A stretch of 64,000 nt of DNA from an uncultured Collinsella sp. Lineage in GTDB: Bacteria; Actinomycetota; Coriobacteriia; Coriobacteriales; Coriobacteriaceae. The position numbers were made by a program, and so were the translations under genes. The stretch lies in the NCBI GenBank assembly GCA_900548565.1, contig URKV01000001.1, positions 4,774 to 68,773 of the forward strand, written 5' to 3'. Each line of letters opens with the position of its first letter. The first letter of the stretch is position 1. This document shows positions 1 to 8,280 of this stretch, piece after piece. Below the pieces are notes generated by a model. It was not told the DNA's origin. It saw only the letters and a program-made list of their open reading frames with translations, and made no database searches.

Positions 1-108
1 ACGGGTTTCCTCGGTCATCTGCCCGGGGCGGTTGTTGAGATAGCGCGAGACCGTGGCCGGGCTCACGCCCGCCTCGGCAGCAATGTCCTTGATTCTCATC
101 TGCGCCAT
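1..108 (-). CDS. LacI-family transcriptional regulator, N-terminal part (runs off window)
   Basis: Manual translation of the minus strand from ATG at 108: MAQMRIKDIAAEAGVSPATVSRYLNNRPGQMTEETR, a LacI HTH signature; divergent from kdgK. Confidence 0.9.
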   Translation of the reverse strand, partial: MAQMRIKDIAAEAGVSPATVSRYLNNRPGQMTEETR

Positions 109-173
109 AGCGCACCCCGTTTCCCAATTGTCGGCAGTCTGAGCCATTTTAGGCATTTTTTTAAAAATCTCGC

Positions 174-238
174 TTGCAAAACGCTGTAGGTGAGTATACT
201 ACAACTCGAAACGAAACCGATTTCGTAAACCGATTTCG
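174..238 (+). promoter_or_regulatory. Putative promoter (TTGCAA..TATACT) with LacI-type operator ACGAAACCGATTTCGT (211-226) and a partial second copy (226-238)
   Basis: Near-palindrome with central CG typical of LacI sites; same arrangement recurs at 3521-3572. Confidence 0.7.
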
Positions 239-242
239 GCAA

Positions 243-300
243 GCGTTGGCACGGAGGTGCAAAGATGCACCCTACCGTCTTGGCACCTCCGTGCCAACGC
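243..300 (+). other. 5' leader hairpin (18-bp perfect outer stem, loop CACCCTAC)
   Basis: GCGTTGGCACGGAGGTGC / GCACCTCCGTGCCAACGC; a covarying homolog lies at 3575-3632. Confidence 0.65.
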
Positions 301-343
301 CATATCAAAGGTGTACGCACGAGCAAGAAGGAGCTGCGCGACC

Positions 344-1378
344 ATGGGTAAAACGGTTCTTACCTTCGGCGAGATCATGATGAGGCTCTCACCCAAAGAC
401 CATCTGCGCATTGAGCAGGCGACCGAGTTTGATGTCCGCTACGGCGGCGCCGAAGCCAACACCGCGCTTTCCCTGTCCTACCAGGGTGACAAGGCAGCTT
501 ACGTCTCCGTTGTCCCGGCCAACCGTCTGGGCGAGTGCGCCCTGCGTTCGCTGAAGGTCTACGACGTCGATACCTCGCGCGTCGTGCGCCAGGGCGACCG
601 TCTCGGCTCCTATGTGTTTGAGGTCGGCGCCTCGCAGCGCGGCAACGGCTGTGTCTACGACCGCAAGTACTCTGCCATCAACATGGCCAAGCGCGACGTC
701 TTTGACTGGGATGAGATCCTCAAGGGTGTCGATGTCTTCTACTTCTCCGGCGTGACGCCCGCCGTCTCCGACGAGATGGCCGCCGCCTGCAAGGATGCCC
801 TCACCGCCTGCCGCGCAAAAGGCATCACCACCGTATGCGACGTGAACTATCGCGGCAAGATGTGGTCGCCCGAGAAGTCGCAGGCCACCATGAAGGAACT
901 CTTGCCGCTCGTTGACATCTGCATTGCCAACGACGAGGACGCTCCTGCCGGCCTCGGTATGACCTGCGTCTCCGGCTCCCTTGCCCACGGCATCGAGGAG
1001 CGCAACACCTACGTCGAGATGGCCCGTCAGATCTGCGCCGAGTACGGCTGCAAGAAGGTCGCCTCGGTCGTCCGCAACATCTCCTGCGTCGAGCGCTCCA
1101 TTTGGATGGGCATGCTCTTTGACGCCGAGAGCGGCGAGCACTGGTTCTCCCCTGCTCACGACGTGCACGTGCTCGAGGGCGTTGCCGCCGGCGACGCTTT
1201 CAACGCCGGCCTCGTCCATGCCCTCATCAACGACTTTGACCCGCAAGACGCCGTCAACTACGCGATTGCGGCCTCGATCCTCAAGCTCACCATCAAGGGC
1301 GATTCCAACCTGGTGACCGCAGACGAGATCGCAGCCGTGGCATCCACCGCCGACGGTGGCACTCGCGTCGCCCGCTAA
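344..1378 (+). CDS. kdgK: 2-keto-3-deoxygluconate kinase (PfkB family)
   Basis: FGEIMMRLSP, GGAEAN, DVNYR and AGDAF motifs; RBS AAGGAG before ATG 344; hexuronate context. Confidence 0.92.
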   Translation: MGKTVLTFGEIMMRLSPKDHLRIEQATEFDVRYGGAEANTALSLSYQGDKAAYVSVVPANRLGECALRSLKVYDVDTSRVVRQGDRLGSYVFEVGASQRGNGCVYDRKYSAINMAKRDVFDWDEILKGVDVFYFSGVTPAVSDEMAAACKDALTACRAKGITTVCDVNYRGKMWSPEKSQATMKELLPLVDICIANDEDAPAGLGMTCVSGSLAHGIEERNTYVEMARQICAEYGCKKVASVVRNISCVERSIWMGMLFDAESGEHWFSPAHDVHVLEGVAAGDAFNAGLVHALINDFDPQDAVNYAIAASILKLTIKGDSNLVTADEIAAVASTADGGTRVAR

Positions 1379-1447
1379 GCCGTCCCCATTCCGCGGGCCG
1401 CAGCTTTCCATACCCATACCCCTGCGACCCGCTCCCCGATTTCTCCG

Positions 1448-1581
1448 GTCGGGCAAAACCACCAGTCCCATTCCGGTTTTGCCTGGCATTCCTACACGAC
1501 TGGTCGCGTAGCCGGTTTTGGAATTGCTTGTGACCCCAAGCAGTGCCTCCGATAACCAATCCAAAACCGGCTCTTGACCAG
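1448..1581 (+). ncRNA. Candidate structured RNA motif, copy A (upstream of eda)
   Basis: 13-bp stem with loop ACCAGTCCCATTCC, linker ATTCCTACACGA, second stem enclosing a mini-hairpin plus GTGCCTCCGATAAC; same architecture at 3654-3779. Confidence 0.55.
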
Positions 1582-1632
1582 CGCATTTGGCAACTATGCG
1601 CCCACGCGCGCCGCACATTCGAAAGGAACATC

Positions 1633-2274
1633 ATGTTCGATCAGTTCTATACCACGCTTGAGTCCCTGGGCATCGTGCCCGTCGTCGTGCTCGACAAGGT
1701 CGAGGACGCCGCTTCGCTCGCCCACGCCCTTATGGCAGCCGGCATGAAGTCCGCCGAGGTCACCTTCCGCACCGCCTGCGCCGCCGAGTGCATCGCCGCT
1801 ATGGCCGAGGCCGAGCCCGAGATGTGCGTTGGCGCCGGCACCGTCCTGACCGTCGAACAGGTTGAGCAGGCCCGCGCCGCCGGTGCCAAGTTCATCGTCT
1901 CCCCGGGCTACAACGAGGACGTCGTGAAGCACTGCATCGAAATCGACCTGCCCGTCCTTCCCGGCACCGTGACTCCCTCCGAGGTCACCGCCGCCGAGAA
2001 CCTGGGCCTCAAGGTCACCAAGTTCTTCCCCGCGGCTCAGTATGGCGGTCTGAACACTATCAAGGCCCTCGCCGCTCCGTTTGTCGGCCACCGCTTTATG
2101 CCCACCGGCGGCGTGAGCACCGCTAACGTCGAGGAGTACCTGAGCTCCAGCGCCATCATCGCCTGCGGTGGCACCTGGATGGTCAAGCCGGCCCTGTTCG
2201 CCGACGGCGACTTCTCCAAGGTCGAGCAGATCGCCCGCGAGGCCATGGACGTCGTCAAGAAGGTCCGCGGATAG
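1633..2274 (+). CDS. eda: 2-keto-3-deoxy-6-phosphogluconate aldolase (Eda/KdgA)
   Basis: EVTFRT, GAGTVL, FIVSPG, KFFPA and FMPTGGV motifs; RBS GAAAGGA. Confidence 0.95.
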   Translation: MFDQFYTTLESLGIVPVVVLDKVEDAASLAHALMAAGMKSAEVTFRTACAAECIAAMAEAEPEMCVGAGTVLTVEQVEQARAAGAKFIVSPGYNEDVVKHCIEIDLPVLPGTVTPSEVTAAENLGLKVTKFFPAAQYGGLNTIKALAAPFVGHRFMPTGGVSTANVEEYLSSSAIIACGGTWMVKPALFADGDFSKVEQIAREAMDVVKKVRG

Positions 2275-2291
2275 GTTTAGCTCTCTATCGT

Positions 2292-2329
2292 GAAAGGGGG
2301 CGTGCCCTAGACCTCGCCCCCTTTCTCTT
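2292..2329 (+). terminator. Intrinsic terminator-like hairpin after eda
   Basis: GAAAGGGGGCG...CGCCCCCTTTC followed by TCTT. Confidence 0.6.
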
Positions 2330-2586
2330 AAAGCGGCTCGGAAGCGCGCCGTTTCCGTCACGAACAAGAACCAAAACCGTCTTGTATGCTGATAGAACGT
2401 GACGGAAGCGACACGCCCCCGAGCCGCTTTTCCTACTCGGCTGGTAGTCGCGCCCAGCTGAGCCACTTCGACAAAAGCCGAGCCACCAAAACAGCTGCGG
2501 CGCCGTCTGGAGGAATGGACCCTTGCTTCCGGTCTTTTCCTCCAAGCGGCGCCGCAGCTTTTTCATGCCCCGATGTGTCCCAGCAC

Positions 2587-2649
2587 TTGCGGTGAAATAG
2601 GGACTGTTTACGCCGTCAGAGCCGCAAAACAATCCTTATTTCACCGCAA
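2587..2649. repeat. Palindromic intergenic element, family TTGCGGTG(A/G)AATA, copy 1
   Basis: TTGCGGTGAAATAGGGA ... TCCTTATTTCACCGCAA; homolog at 10346-10412. Confidence 0.7.
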
Positions 2650-2666
2650 CTAATGTGGGGGGCGAG

Positions 2667-3401
2667 TTAGATGGCCGAGTCTTTGGACAGCTCAAAATAG
2701 TCGGGATGCAAGGCGATAACCGGACCCTGCTCCTCGGGCATTAGATGCAAATGCGTCTCTGCCAGATAGCTCGCCGTGTCGGTATCGCCCTTCTTAATGG
2801 CCTCGAGAATCCGGCGATGCTGCCGACGAATCGGCTCCCAATCCAGATCCTGCGACACCATACGCAACCAGTTGTATCGCTCAAAATGCGTGTTGACGCT
2901 CTTCATCCAATCCCACAACATGTGGCGGCCGGCAATCTCAAAACACGTCTCATGGAACAGGTTGTCCAGGTCAAAGAAACGACGCGTTTCGCTATGGTCG
3001 AGCGACTCGGACTCGGCAAGAATCTGCTCGAGCCGATGCTTTTGCTCGGACGTGGCAGCCGAACAACATTTAATGAGTACGCTTCTTTCGAGTTTCTCGC
3101 GCAAGAAACAGGCATTCTCGGCGTGTTCCATGCTGATCTTAGAGACGTAGGTGCCGCTCTTGGGACGCGTTTCCACCAGCTCCTGTTCACGCAGGCGCAC
3201 GAACGACTCGCGAATGGGCGTGCGCCCGATTCCCGTCTCCTTTTCCAGACCAATCGCCGAAAGACGTGTGCCGGGTTTGAGCTCGGCATAGATGATCTTG
3301 GAGCGCAATGCGTTGTATGCCTGATCTTGCAGGCTCTGATAAAGCTGATGTTGTTCCATAAAGCCCTCGAATGAAGCCCACGGTTTGTCGAATATCTCCA
3401 C
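2667..3401 (-). CDS. GntR/FCD family transcriptional regulator (start GTG 3401 or ATG 3359)
   Basis: GntR wHTH (LKPGTRLS..GIGRTPIRE..PKSGTYV) plus FCD domain (DNLFH). Confidence 0.9.
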   Translation of the reverse strand: MEIFDKPWASFEGFMEQHQLYQSLQDQAYNALRSKIIYAELKPGTRLSAIGLEKETGIGRTPIRESFVRLREQELVETRPKSGTYVSKISMEHAENACFLREKLERSVLIKCCSAATSEQKHRLEQILAESESLDHSETRRFFDLDNLFHETCFEIAGRHMLWDWMKSVNTHFERYNWLRMVSQDLDWEPIRRQHRRILEAIKKGDTDTASYLAETHLHLMPEEQGPVIALHPDYFELSKDSAI

Positions 3402-3486
3402 GTAATACTATCGCATCCCCCATCCCACGGCGATGTTTGAGGGGGAGGGCCGGGATTCGGCTTTTGACCGACAAGTTGTTGCAATT

Positions 3487-3502
3487 AGGTGAACGTTCAC
3501 CT
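3487..3502. promoter_or_regulatory. Perfect palindromic operator AGGTGAACGTTCACCT
   Basis: 16-bp perfect palindrome; recurs upstream of most pectin/hexuronate units. Confidence 0.8.
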
Positions 3503-3520
3503 TATTTATTTTATTTCGCT

Positions 3521-3572
3521 TTGCAAATGGATTCCCGTGCGTATACTAAATCACAACGAAACCGATTTCGTT
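3521..3572 (+). promoter_or_regulatory. Putative promoter (TTGCAA..TATACT) with operator AACGAAACCGATTTCGTT (3555-3572)
   Basis: Same elements and the same 15-nt spacer as at 174-226. Confidence 0.7.
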
Positions 3573-3574
3573 AA

Positions 3575-3779
3575 GCTTGGGCAATAGGATGCTAAGACGC
3601 ACCCTACCATCTTGGCATCCTATTGCCCAGGCCATGCCATTTGCATTCTTCCCGTCTCGTTGAGCCCTTCAGTCCCATTCCGGCGCAACGAGACATTCCT
3701 AGACGACTGACCATGGGGCCGGCTTTTCTGCCGTTAAGGCAGTGCCTCCGATAACCCTCTTTTTGCCGGCCCAGGTCAG
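3575..3779 (+). ncRNA. Candidate structured RNA leader, copy B (leader hairpin plus two-domain motif)
   Basis: Hairpin with loop CACCCTAC (3575-3632), then stem/loop CTTCAGTCCCATTCC, linker ATTCCTAGACGA and stem with CAGTGCCTCCGATAACC; stems covary with the copies at 243-300 and 1448-1581. Confidence 0.55.
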
Positions 3780-3822
3780 ACATTTCTCTTTAAATATCCT
3801 TCAATCGAAAGGACGCAGCAGT

Positions 3823-4506
3823 ATGCGACCGCTCATCATCATGCACGGCGCAGACATCGATTGGCGCCATACCATCATCAGAATGCTGATGTATCTGGCG
3901 GGCGTTGCCGTGCTGGCACTCGGCATGAGCCTCCAGACGGCATCTGGCCTGGGCGTCGCCGCGCTCACGTGCTTTGCCACGACCCTATCCATGCTCACAG
4001 GCAAGACGCTCGGCTTTTGGATTACTGCTACCTATGTCGCCTACATCGCGGCGCAGCTCGCCATCTTGCGACGCGAATTTCAACCGCGCATTTTGCTCGA
4101 GCTTTGCTTTTCAACGCTAATGGGCGGCTTCACCGATCTGTTCATGACGGTCAACCCGCTGCATCCCACGGCGCTCCCCGCGCAGGTTGCGACCATGCTG
4201 CTCTCCCTCGCTATCACCGCATTTGGCGTCAGTCTCGTCGTCAACATGGGCGTTGTCCCCAACGCACCCGATGGATTAGTACAGGTCATTGCCGAAAAGC
4301 TCAAGCGCCGCTTTGGAGACGTAAAGGTCGTGTTCGACTGCTCGCATGTCGCCGCCTCACTCACGCTGTCGCTGGTATGCATGCACAACTTAGGCGGCTT
4401 TGGTGTGACCACCGCCATCTCGGCACTATTCCTGGGCCGCATCATCAACATCGCCAACAAGCTGTTTGCCCAGCGATTCGTCCGCATGGCGTTTGGCGCC
4501 AAATAG
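3823..4506 (+). CDS. YczE/YitT-like (DUF6198-type) integral membrane protein
   Basis: Multiple hydrophobic helices; SGLGV, PNAPDG and KVVFD motifs; RBS GAAAGGA. Confidence 0.75.
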   Translation: MRPLIIMHGADIDWRHTIIRMLMYLAGVAVLALGMSLQTASGLGVAALTCFATTLSMLTGKTLGFWITATYVAYIAAQLAILRREFQPRILLELCFSTLMGGFTDLFMTVNPLHPTALPAQVATMLLSLAITAFGVSLVVNMGVVPNAPDGLVQVIAEKLKRRFGDVKVVFDCSHVAASLTLSLVCMHNLGGFGVTTAISALFLGRIINIANKLFAQRFVRMAFGAK

Positions 4507-4675
4507 CGAACAGCCGCGGAGCAAACGAGGCTCGAGTGCCCGGCATATCGATGTCGCAAATAACGATGCACGCGCTATACGGACGATGAGGAATAGCCCG
4601 TCGCAAACCCCGCAAGCGGAGCTATATGTTGCTATAACTTGACATAAATTGGCCCATTGCCAGCCGGCATGCAAA

Positions 4676-4705
4676 AGGCCCCAAGCCATTCGCGGCTTGG
4701 GGCCT
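4676..4705. terminator. Hairpin between convergent genes
   Basis: AGGCCCCAAGCC-attcgc-GGCTTGGGGCCT. Confidence 0.55.
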
Positions 4706-4729
4706 GCCTGGTAACACAGGTCTTTCGGA

Positions 4730-5983
4730 CTACGCTCGCTCGTATTTCGTGGCGCGGCCTGTCCCCTGTTTCATGATCGCGTTTCGGCTGAGCAGAGATT
4801 CGAGCGCGGACAGTGTTCGCGCACGGCTCAGCCCCGTCTGTTTCTCAATCTCACTTCGCGACATAATTCGTCCGCCCGACAAGGCCTTAAGAACCTGAGC
4901 CTCTTCTCCAGACCCTTCAAAGGCATCGGTAACGGGCAACGCGACAGCTACCACGCCGCCACGAATATCAAAGACCGGCTGATTAATCGAATCGCGATAG
5001 GCACGCCTAATGCGCGCAATTCCCGTTCCAAACTTCTCGATATAGTCCAACTTTAAGAAGACCTCGGCAACGATGGGATTTCTGAGCACGGATATCTGTC
5101 CATACAGGTATTGCTCCGTCGTCAAGCCAGCGGGCAACGACCCGGGTGAAGTCACAATGACGCGATCATCATACAGAGCAACCTGAACATTCGCTTGCAC
5201 GTCCCACGTCCGATGCACTAGAGCGTTTGCAACTGCCTCGCGGAATGCCTCGAGGGGAATCCGGTCGGTCTGAACACGCTCGACACCTTCGATGCGCTCA
5301 TAACGATAGTAGCGCGCGAACATGGCAACTGCTCTATCAACCTGCTCAATTGCAGACAGGCCCGTCGTCGTCTCACGATCTAAAAGCACGTCCTCGGTGT
5401 CGCCAAAACGAACGCAGTCGATGCCCGGAAATTCGTTGTTATCCGCCAATATCGCCGCGGCATTGGTATAGCCATCCTTGCCGAGCAGGCGAAGCGTTCG
5501 CATAATATCCGACGTGAGCTCAGAAATGCCTAGATGCTCGATGCACTTGTGTTCGAGCGTATGAAAACTCAGGTCCTGGCGAGCCGAGGTGAGCGCATCG
5601 AACGTCAGATTGCTGCCTTCGAGCGTCAGCCTGCCGTACTCAAAACGGTCGACCTCTACCGTCGCCGAATCATTTCGCCTGTAGGCCTTCCCCTTGCTTC
5701 GATAGGGCTTGTCCTGTCCCTCGTAAACCGTAAGCGTTACAGTTCCGCGGTTCTCGTCGAGCTCGAGCGTGTAACGAGGCGCAGGATCCAGACTGTCATT
5801 AATCATGTTCTCGATGCGCAGACACTCCGCAACCGGATCAGAAAGACCGACTGCAACACCACCGTCGTCAACGCCAAACTCTATCTTGCCCGTCCCGTAG
5901 TTTGCATAAGCGCTCACTGTTTTAAGAAACGTCGGCGTTACGCTTTCCTTGTATTCGACGGTAGGACTCTCTCTGACAACCAT
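4730..5983 (-). CDS. AlbA_2 (Schlafen-like) + HATPase_c_4 + C-terminal wHTH protein (often annotated RecG-like ATP-binding protein)
   Basis: ESPTVEYKE..TVSAYANYGTG.I.FGVDD; FREAVANALVHR; SPGSLP; RNP; IEKFGTGI; C-terminal GTGRATKY. Confidence 0.85.
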   Translation of the reverse strand: MVVRESPTVEYKESVTPTFLKTVSAYANYGTGKIEFGVDDGGVAVGLSDPVAECLRIENMINDSLDPAPRYTLELDENRGTVTLTVYEGQDKPYRSKGKAYRRNDSATVEVDRFEYGRLTLEGSNLTFDALTSARQDLSFHTLEHKCIEHLGISELTSDIMRTLRLLGKDGYTNAAAILADNNEFPGIDCVRFGDTEDVLLDRETTTGLSAIEQVDRAVAMFARYYRYERIEGVERVQTDRIPLEAFREAVANALVHRTWDVQANVQVALYDDRVIVTSPGSLPAGLTTEQYLYGQISVLRNPIVAEVFLKLDYIEKFGTGIARIRRAYRDSINQPVFDIRGGVVAVALPVTDAFEGSGEEAQVLKALSGGRIMSRSEIEKQTGLSRARTLSALESLLSRNAIMKQGTGRATKYERA

Positions 5984-6306
5984 ACGTACGGTCCTTCCCC
6001 TTTTCATGCTTATCTGAACCGTATTATAAGACGAAAAACATTTGCGTACGGCTTAGAACCAGACGCAAACGGTTTTCGTCTTATTTGCGTACGGAAACTA
6101 GATACAAATTTCACGTTCATACGACTATTTACCAAACGCATAGTGTTTTCATCCGGCAATGCGTCCGTAATCCAAAAAAGCCCTGAGCTCATGTAAACTC
6201 GGGACCTCTTGCGCCGCGCATCTATGAGAGGAGAAATGCGATGCGCACGGGCGCTACTCCATGTAGCAGACATTGCGACAATCGGCCACAACCGTTCACC
6301 TTCTAA

Positions 6307-6322
6307 AAGTGAACGTTCACCT
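6307..6322. promoter_or_regulatory. Operator AAGTGAACGTTCACCT upstream of kduD
   Basis: 15/16 match to the palindrome; half-sites at 6291-6300 and 6400-6408. Confidence 0.75.
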
Positions 6323-6425
6323 GATTCTAAGAAAACCTGACTTTTAATTCCTCCGCTTCTCCTATACTGAGCTTGTAATAGAAGCAAGACTTATATAGAT
6401 GAACGTTTCTTTTGGAAGGATTGCT

Positions 6426-7235
6426 ATGTCTGATCTTATGGACAGCTTCCGCCTGGACGGCAAGGTCGCGCTCGTGACCGGCGCCACCTATGGCATCGGC
6501 ATGGCCATTGCCGAGGCGCTCGGAGAGGCAGGCGCCAAGATTGCCTTTAACGCCCGTCACGCCGACAAAGTTGCCGAAGCCGAGAAGCACTACCGCGAGC
6601 TGGGCTTTGATGCTCACGGCTATGTTGCCGACGTCACCGACGAGGCTGTCGTCGCCGAGCTCGTTGCCAAGATCGAAGCCGATTTTGGCACCACGCCCGA
6701 CATCCTGGTCAACAACGCCGGCGTCATCCAGCGCACCCCGATGCTCGACATGAGCGCCGAGGACTTCCGTCGCGTCGTCGACATCGACCTCAATGCCCCG
6801 TTTATCGTGTCCAAGGCCTGCCTGCCGGGCATGATCGCCAAGGGTCACGGCAAGATCATCAACATCTGCTCCATGATGAGCGAGCTCGGCCGCGAGACCA
6901 TCGCCGGCTATGCCGCCGCCAAGGGCGGACTCAAGATGCTCACCAAGAACATCTGCTCCGAGTTTGGCGAGGCCAATATCCAGTGCAATGGCATTGGGCC
7001 CGGCTACATCGCCACGCCGCAAACCGCGCCGCTGCGCGAGACGCAGCCTGACGGCAGCCGCCATCCGTTTGACCAGTTCATCATCGCCAAGACGCCGGCA
7101 GCCCGTTGGGGCACGCCCGAGGACCTGAAGGGCCCCGCCGTGTTCCTGGCTTCCGACGCATCGAACTTCGTCAACGGGCACATTCTGTACGTGGACGGCG
7201 GCATACTCGCATACATCGGCAAACAGCCGCAATAG
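6426..7235 (+). CDS. kduD: SDR, gluconate 5-dehydrogenase / 2-keto-3-deoxygluconate dehydrogenase (KduD/DhuD-type)
   Basis: TGATYGIG, NNAG, YAAAKGG, GIGPGYIATPQT, VDGGILAYIGKQP; paired with the RpiB-type isomerase. Confidence 0.8.
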   Translation: MSDLMDSFRLDGKVALVTGATYGIGMAIAEALGEAGAKIAFNARHADKVAEAEKHYRELGFDAHGYVADVTDEAVVAELVAKIEADFGTTPDILVNNAGVIQRTPMLDMSAEDFRRVVDIDLNAPFIVSKACLPGMIAKGHGKIINICSMMSELGRETIAGYAAAKGGLKMLTKNICSEFGEANIQCNGIGPGYIATPQTAPLRETQPDGSRHPFDQFIIAKTPAARWGTPEDLKGPAVFLASDASNFVNGHILYVDGGILAYIGKQPQ

Positions 7236-7243
7236 GCTGCGGT

Positions 7244-7337
7244 CGCGCGGAGTGCGGCACCTTGGCGCTCAAACCGTCGCTCGCGTACCGAAGTACGCTT
7301 CGCTCCTCTTTCACGCCAATCTGCCGCACTCCGCGCG
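7244..7337. repeat. REP-like palindromic intergenic element
   Basis: 16-bp arms CGCGCGGAGTGCGGCA / TGCCGCACTCCGCGCG enclosing a GCGTAC-CGAA-GTACGC mini-hairpin. Confidence 0.6.
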
Positions 7338-7501
7338 CCCTCGCCACCGTCACGCACCAGCCAACACAGGCGCTTCGGTTTGTGCGGAACTCGCGACAGA
7401 CTTAACTGCCGACCGCCCGCATAGCTCATCGCGGGTTGGCTTTGCCGCCGCCCGCGCACAGAAACAAAAAACTGGAAGATTTAGTTGAAAGGTTAACTCA
7501 A

Positions 7502-8143
7502 ATGAAGATCGCTCTAATCAACGAGAATTCTCAGAACTCTAAGAACCCTATGATCGAGGCTGCCCTTAAGAAGGTTGTCGAGCCCATGGGGCACACCGTC
7601 TTTAACTATGGCATGTATGCCGACGCCGACTCCAAGCCCCTCACTTACGTGCAGAACGGCATTCTTGCCGCCGTGCTGCTCAACTCCGGCGCTGCCGACT
7701 ACGTCGTGACCGGTTGCGGCACCGGCGAGGGCGCCATGCTCGCCTGCAACTCCTTCCCCGGCGTGCTGTGCGGCCACGTTGCCGACCCGCTGGATGCCTA
7801 CACCTTTGCCCAGGTCAACGATGGCAATGCCGTCGCCATGCCCTTCGCGCTCAAGAACGGCTGGGGCCAGGAGCTCAACCTCGAGTACACCTTCGAGAAG
7901 CTCTTTGGCTTTGGTTCGGGTAACGGCTACCCCGCCGAGCGCGTTGAGCCCGAGCAGCGCAACAAGAAGATCCTCGACGGCGTGCGCGCTGTGACCATGC
8001 GCCCGCTCGTCGACGTCCTGGGCGAGATCGATCAGGACCTGGTGAAGGGCGCCCTCGCTGGCGAGCATTTCCAGGAGTACTTCTTTGCCAACGCCACCGA
8101 CGAGGCCATCATCGCCAAGGTCAAGGAGCTCTTGGGCCTGTAA
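7502..8143 (+). CDS. RpiB/LacA/LacB-family isomerase, likely DhuI-type 4-deoxy-L-threo-5-hexosulose-uronate isomerase
   Basis: MKIALINENSQ, TGCGTGEGAMLACN, GWGQELNL, GYPAER; adjacent to kduD as in streptococcal dhuD-dhuI. Confidence 0.8.
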   Translation: MKIALINENSQNSKNPMIEAALKKVVEPMGHTVFNYGMYADADSKPLTYVQNGILAAVLLNSGAADYVVTGCGTGEGAMLACNSFPGVLCGHVADPLDAYTFAQVNDGNAVAMPFALKNGWGQELNLEYTFEKLFGFGSGNGYPAERVEPEQRNKKILDGVRAVTMRPLVDVLGEIDQDLVKGALAGEHFQEYFFANATDEAIIAKVKELLGL

Positions 8144-8185
8144 TAAGGCCCACGGGGCGCACCGACCCCCAACAAACCGCCAGAC

Positions 8186-8225
8186 AAAAGGCGCCGCGAC
8201 GATCCATGTGTCGCGGCGCCTTTTT
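8186..8225. terminator. Bidirectional intrinsic terminator
   Basis: AAAAGGCGCCGCGAC...GTCGCGGCGCCTTTTT between convergent genes. Confidence 0.8.
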
Positions 8226-8280
8226 AGATTGCTATCGCTTGAGTCACCGCAAGGCGGCCGCTCCCCTATTTGCCAAGAGC

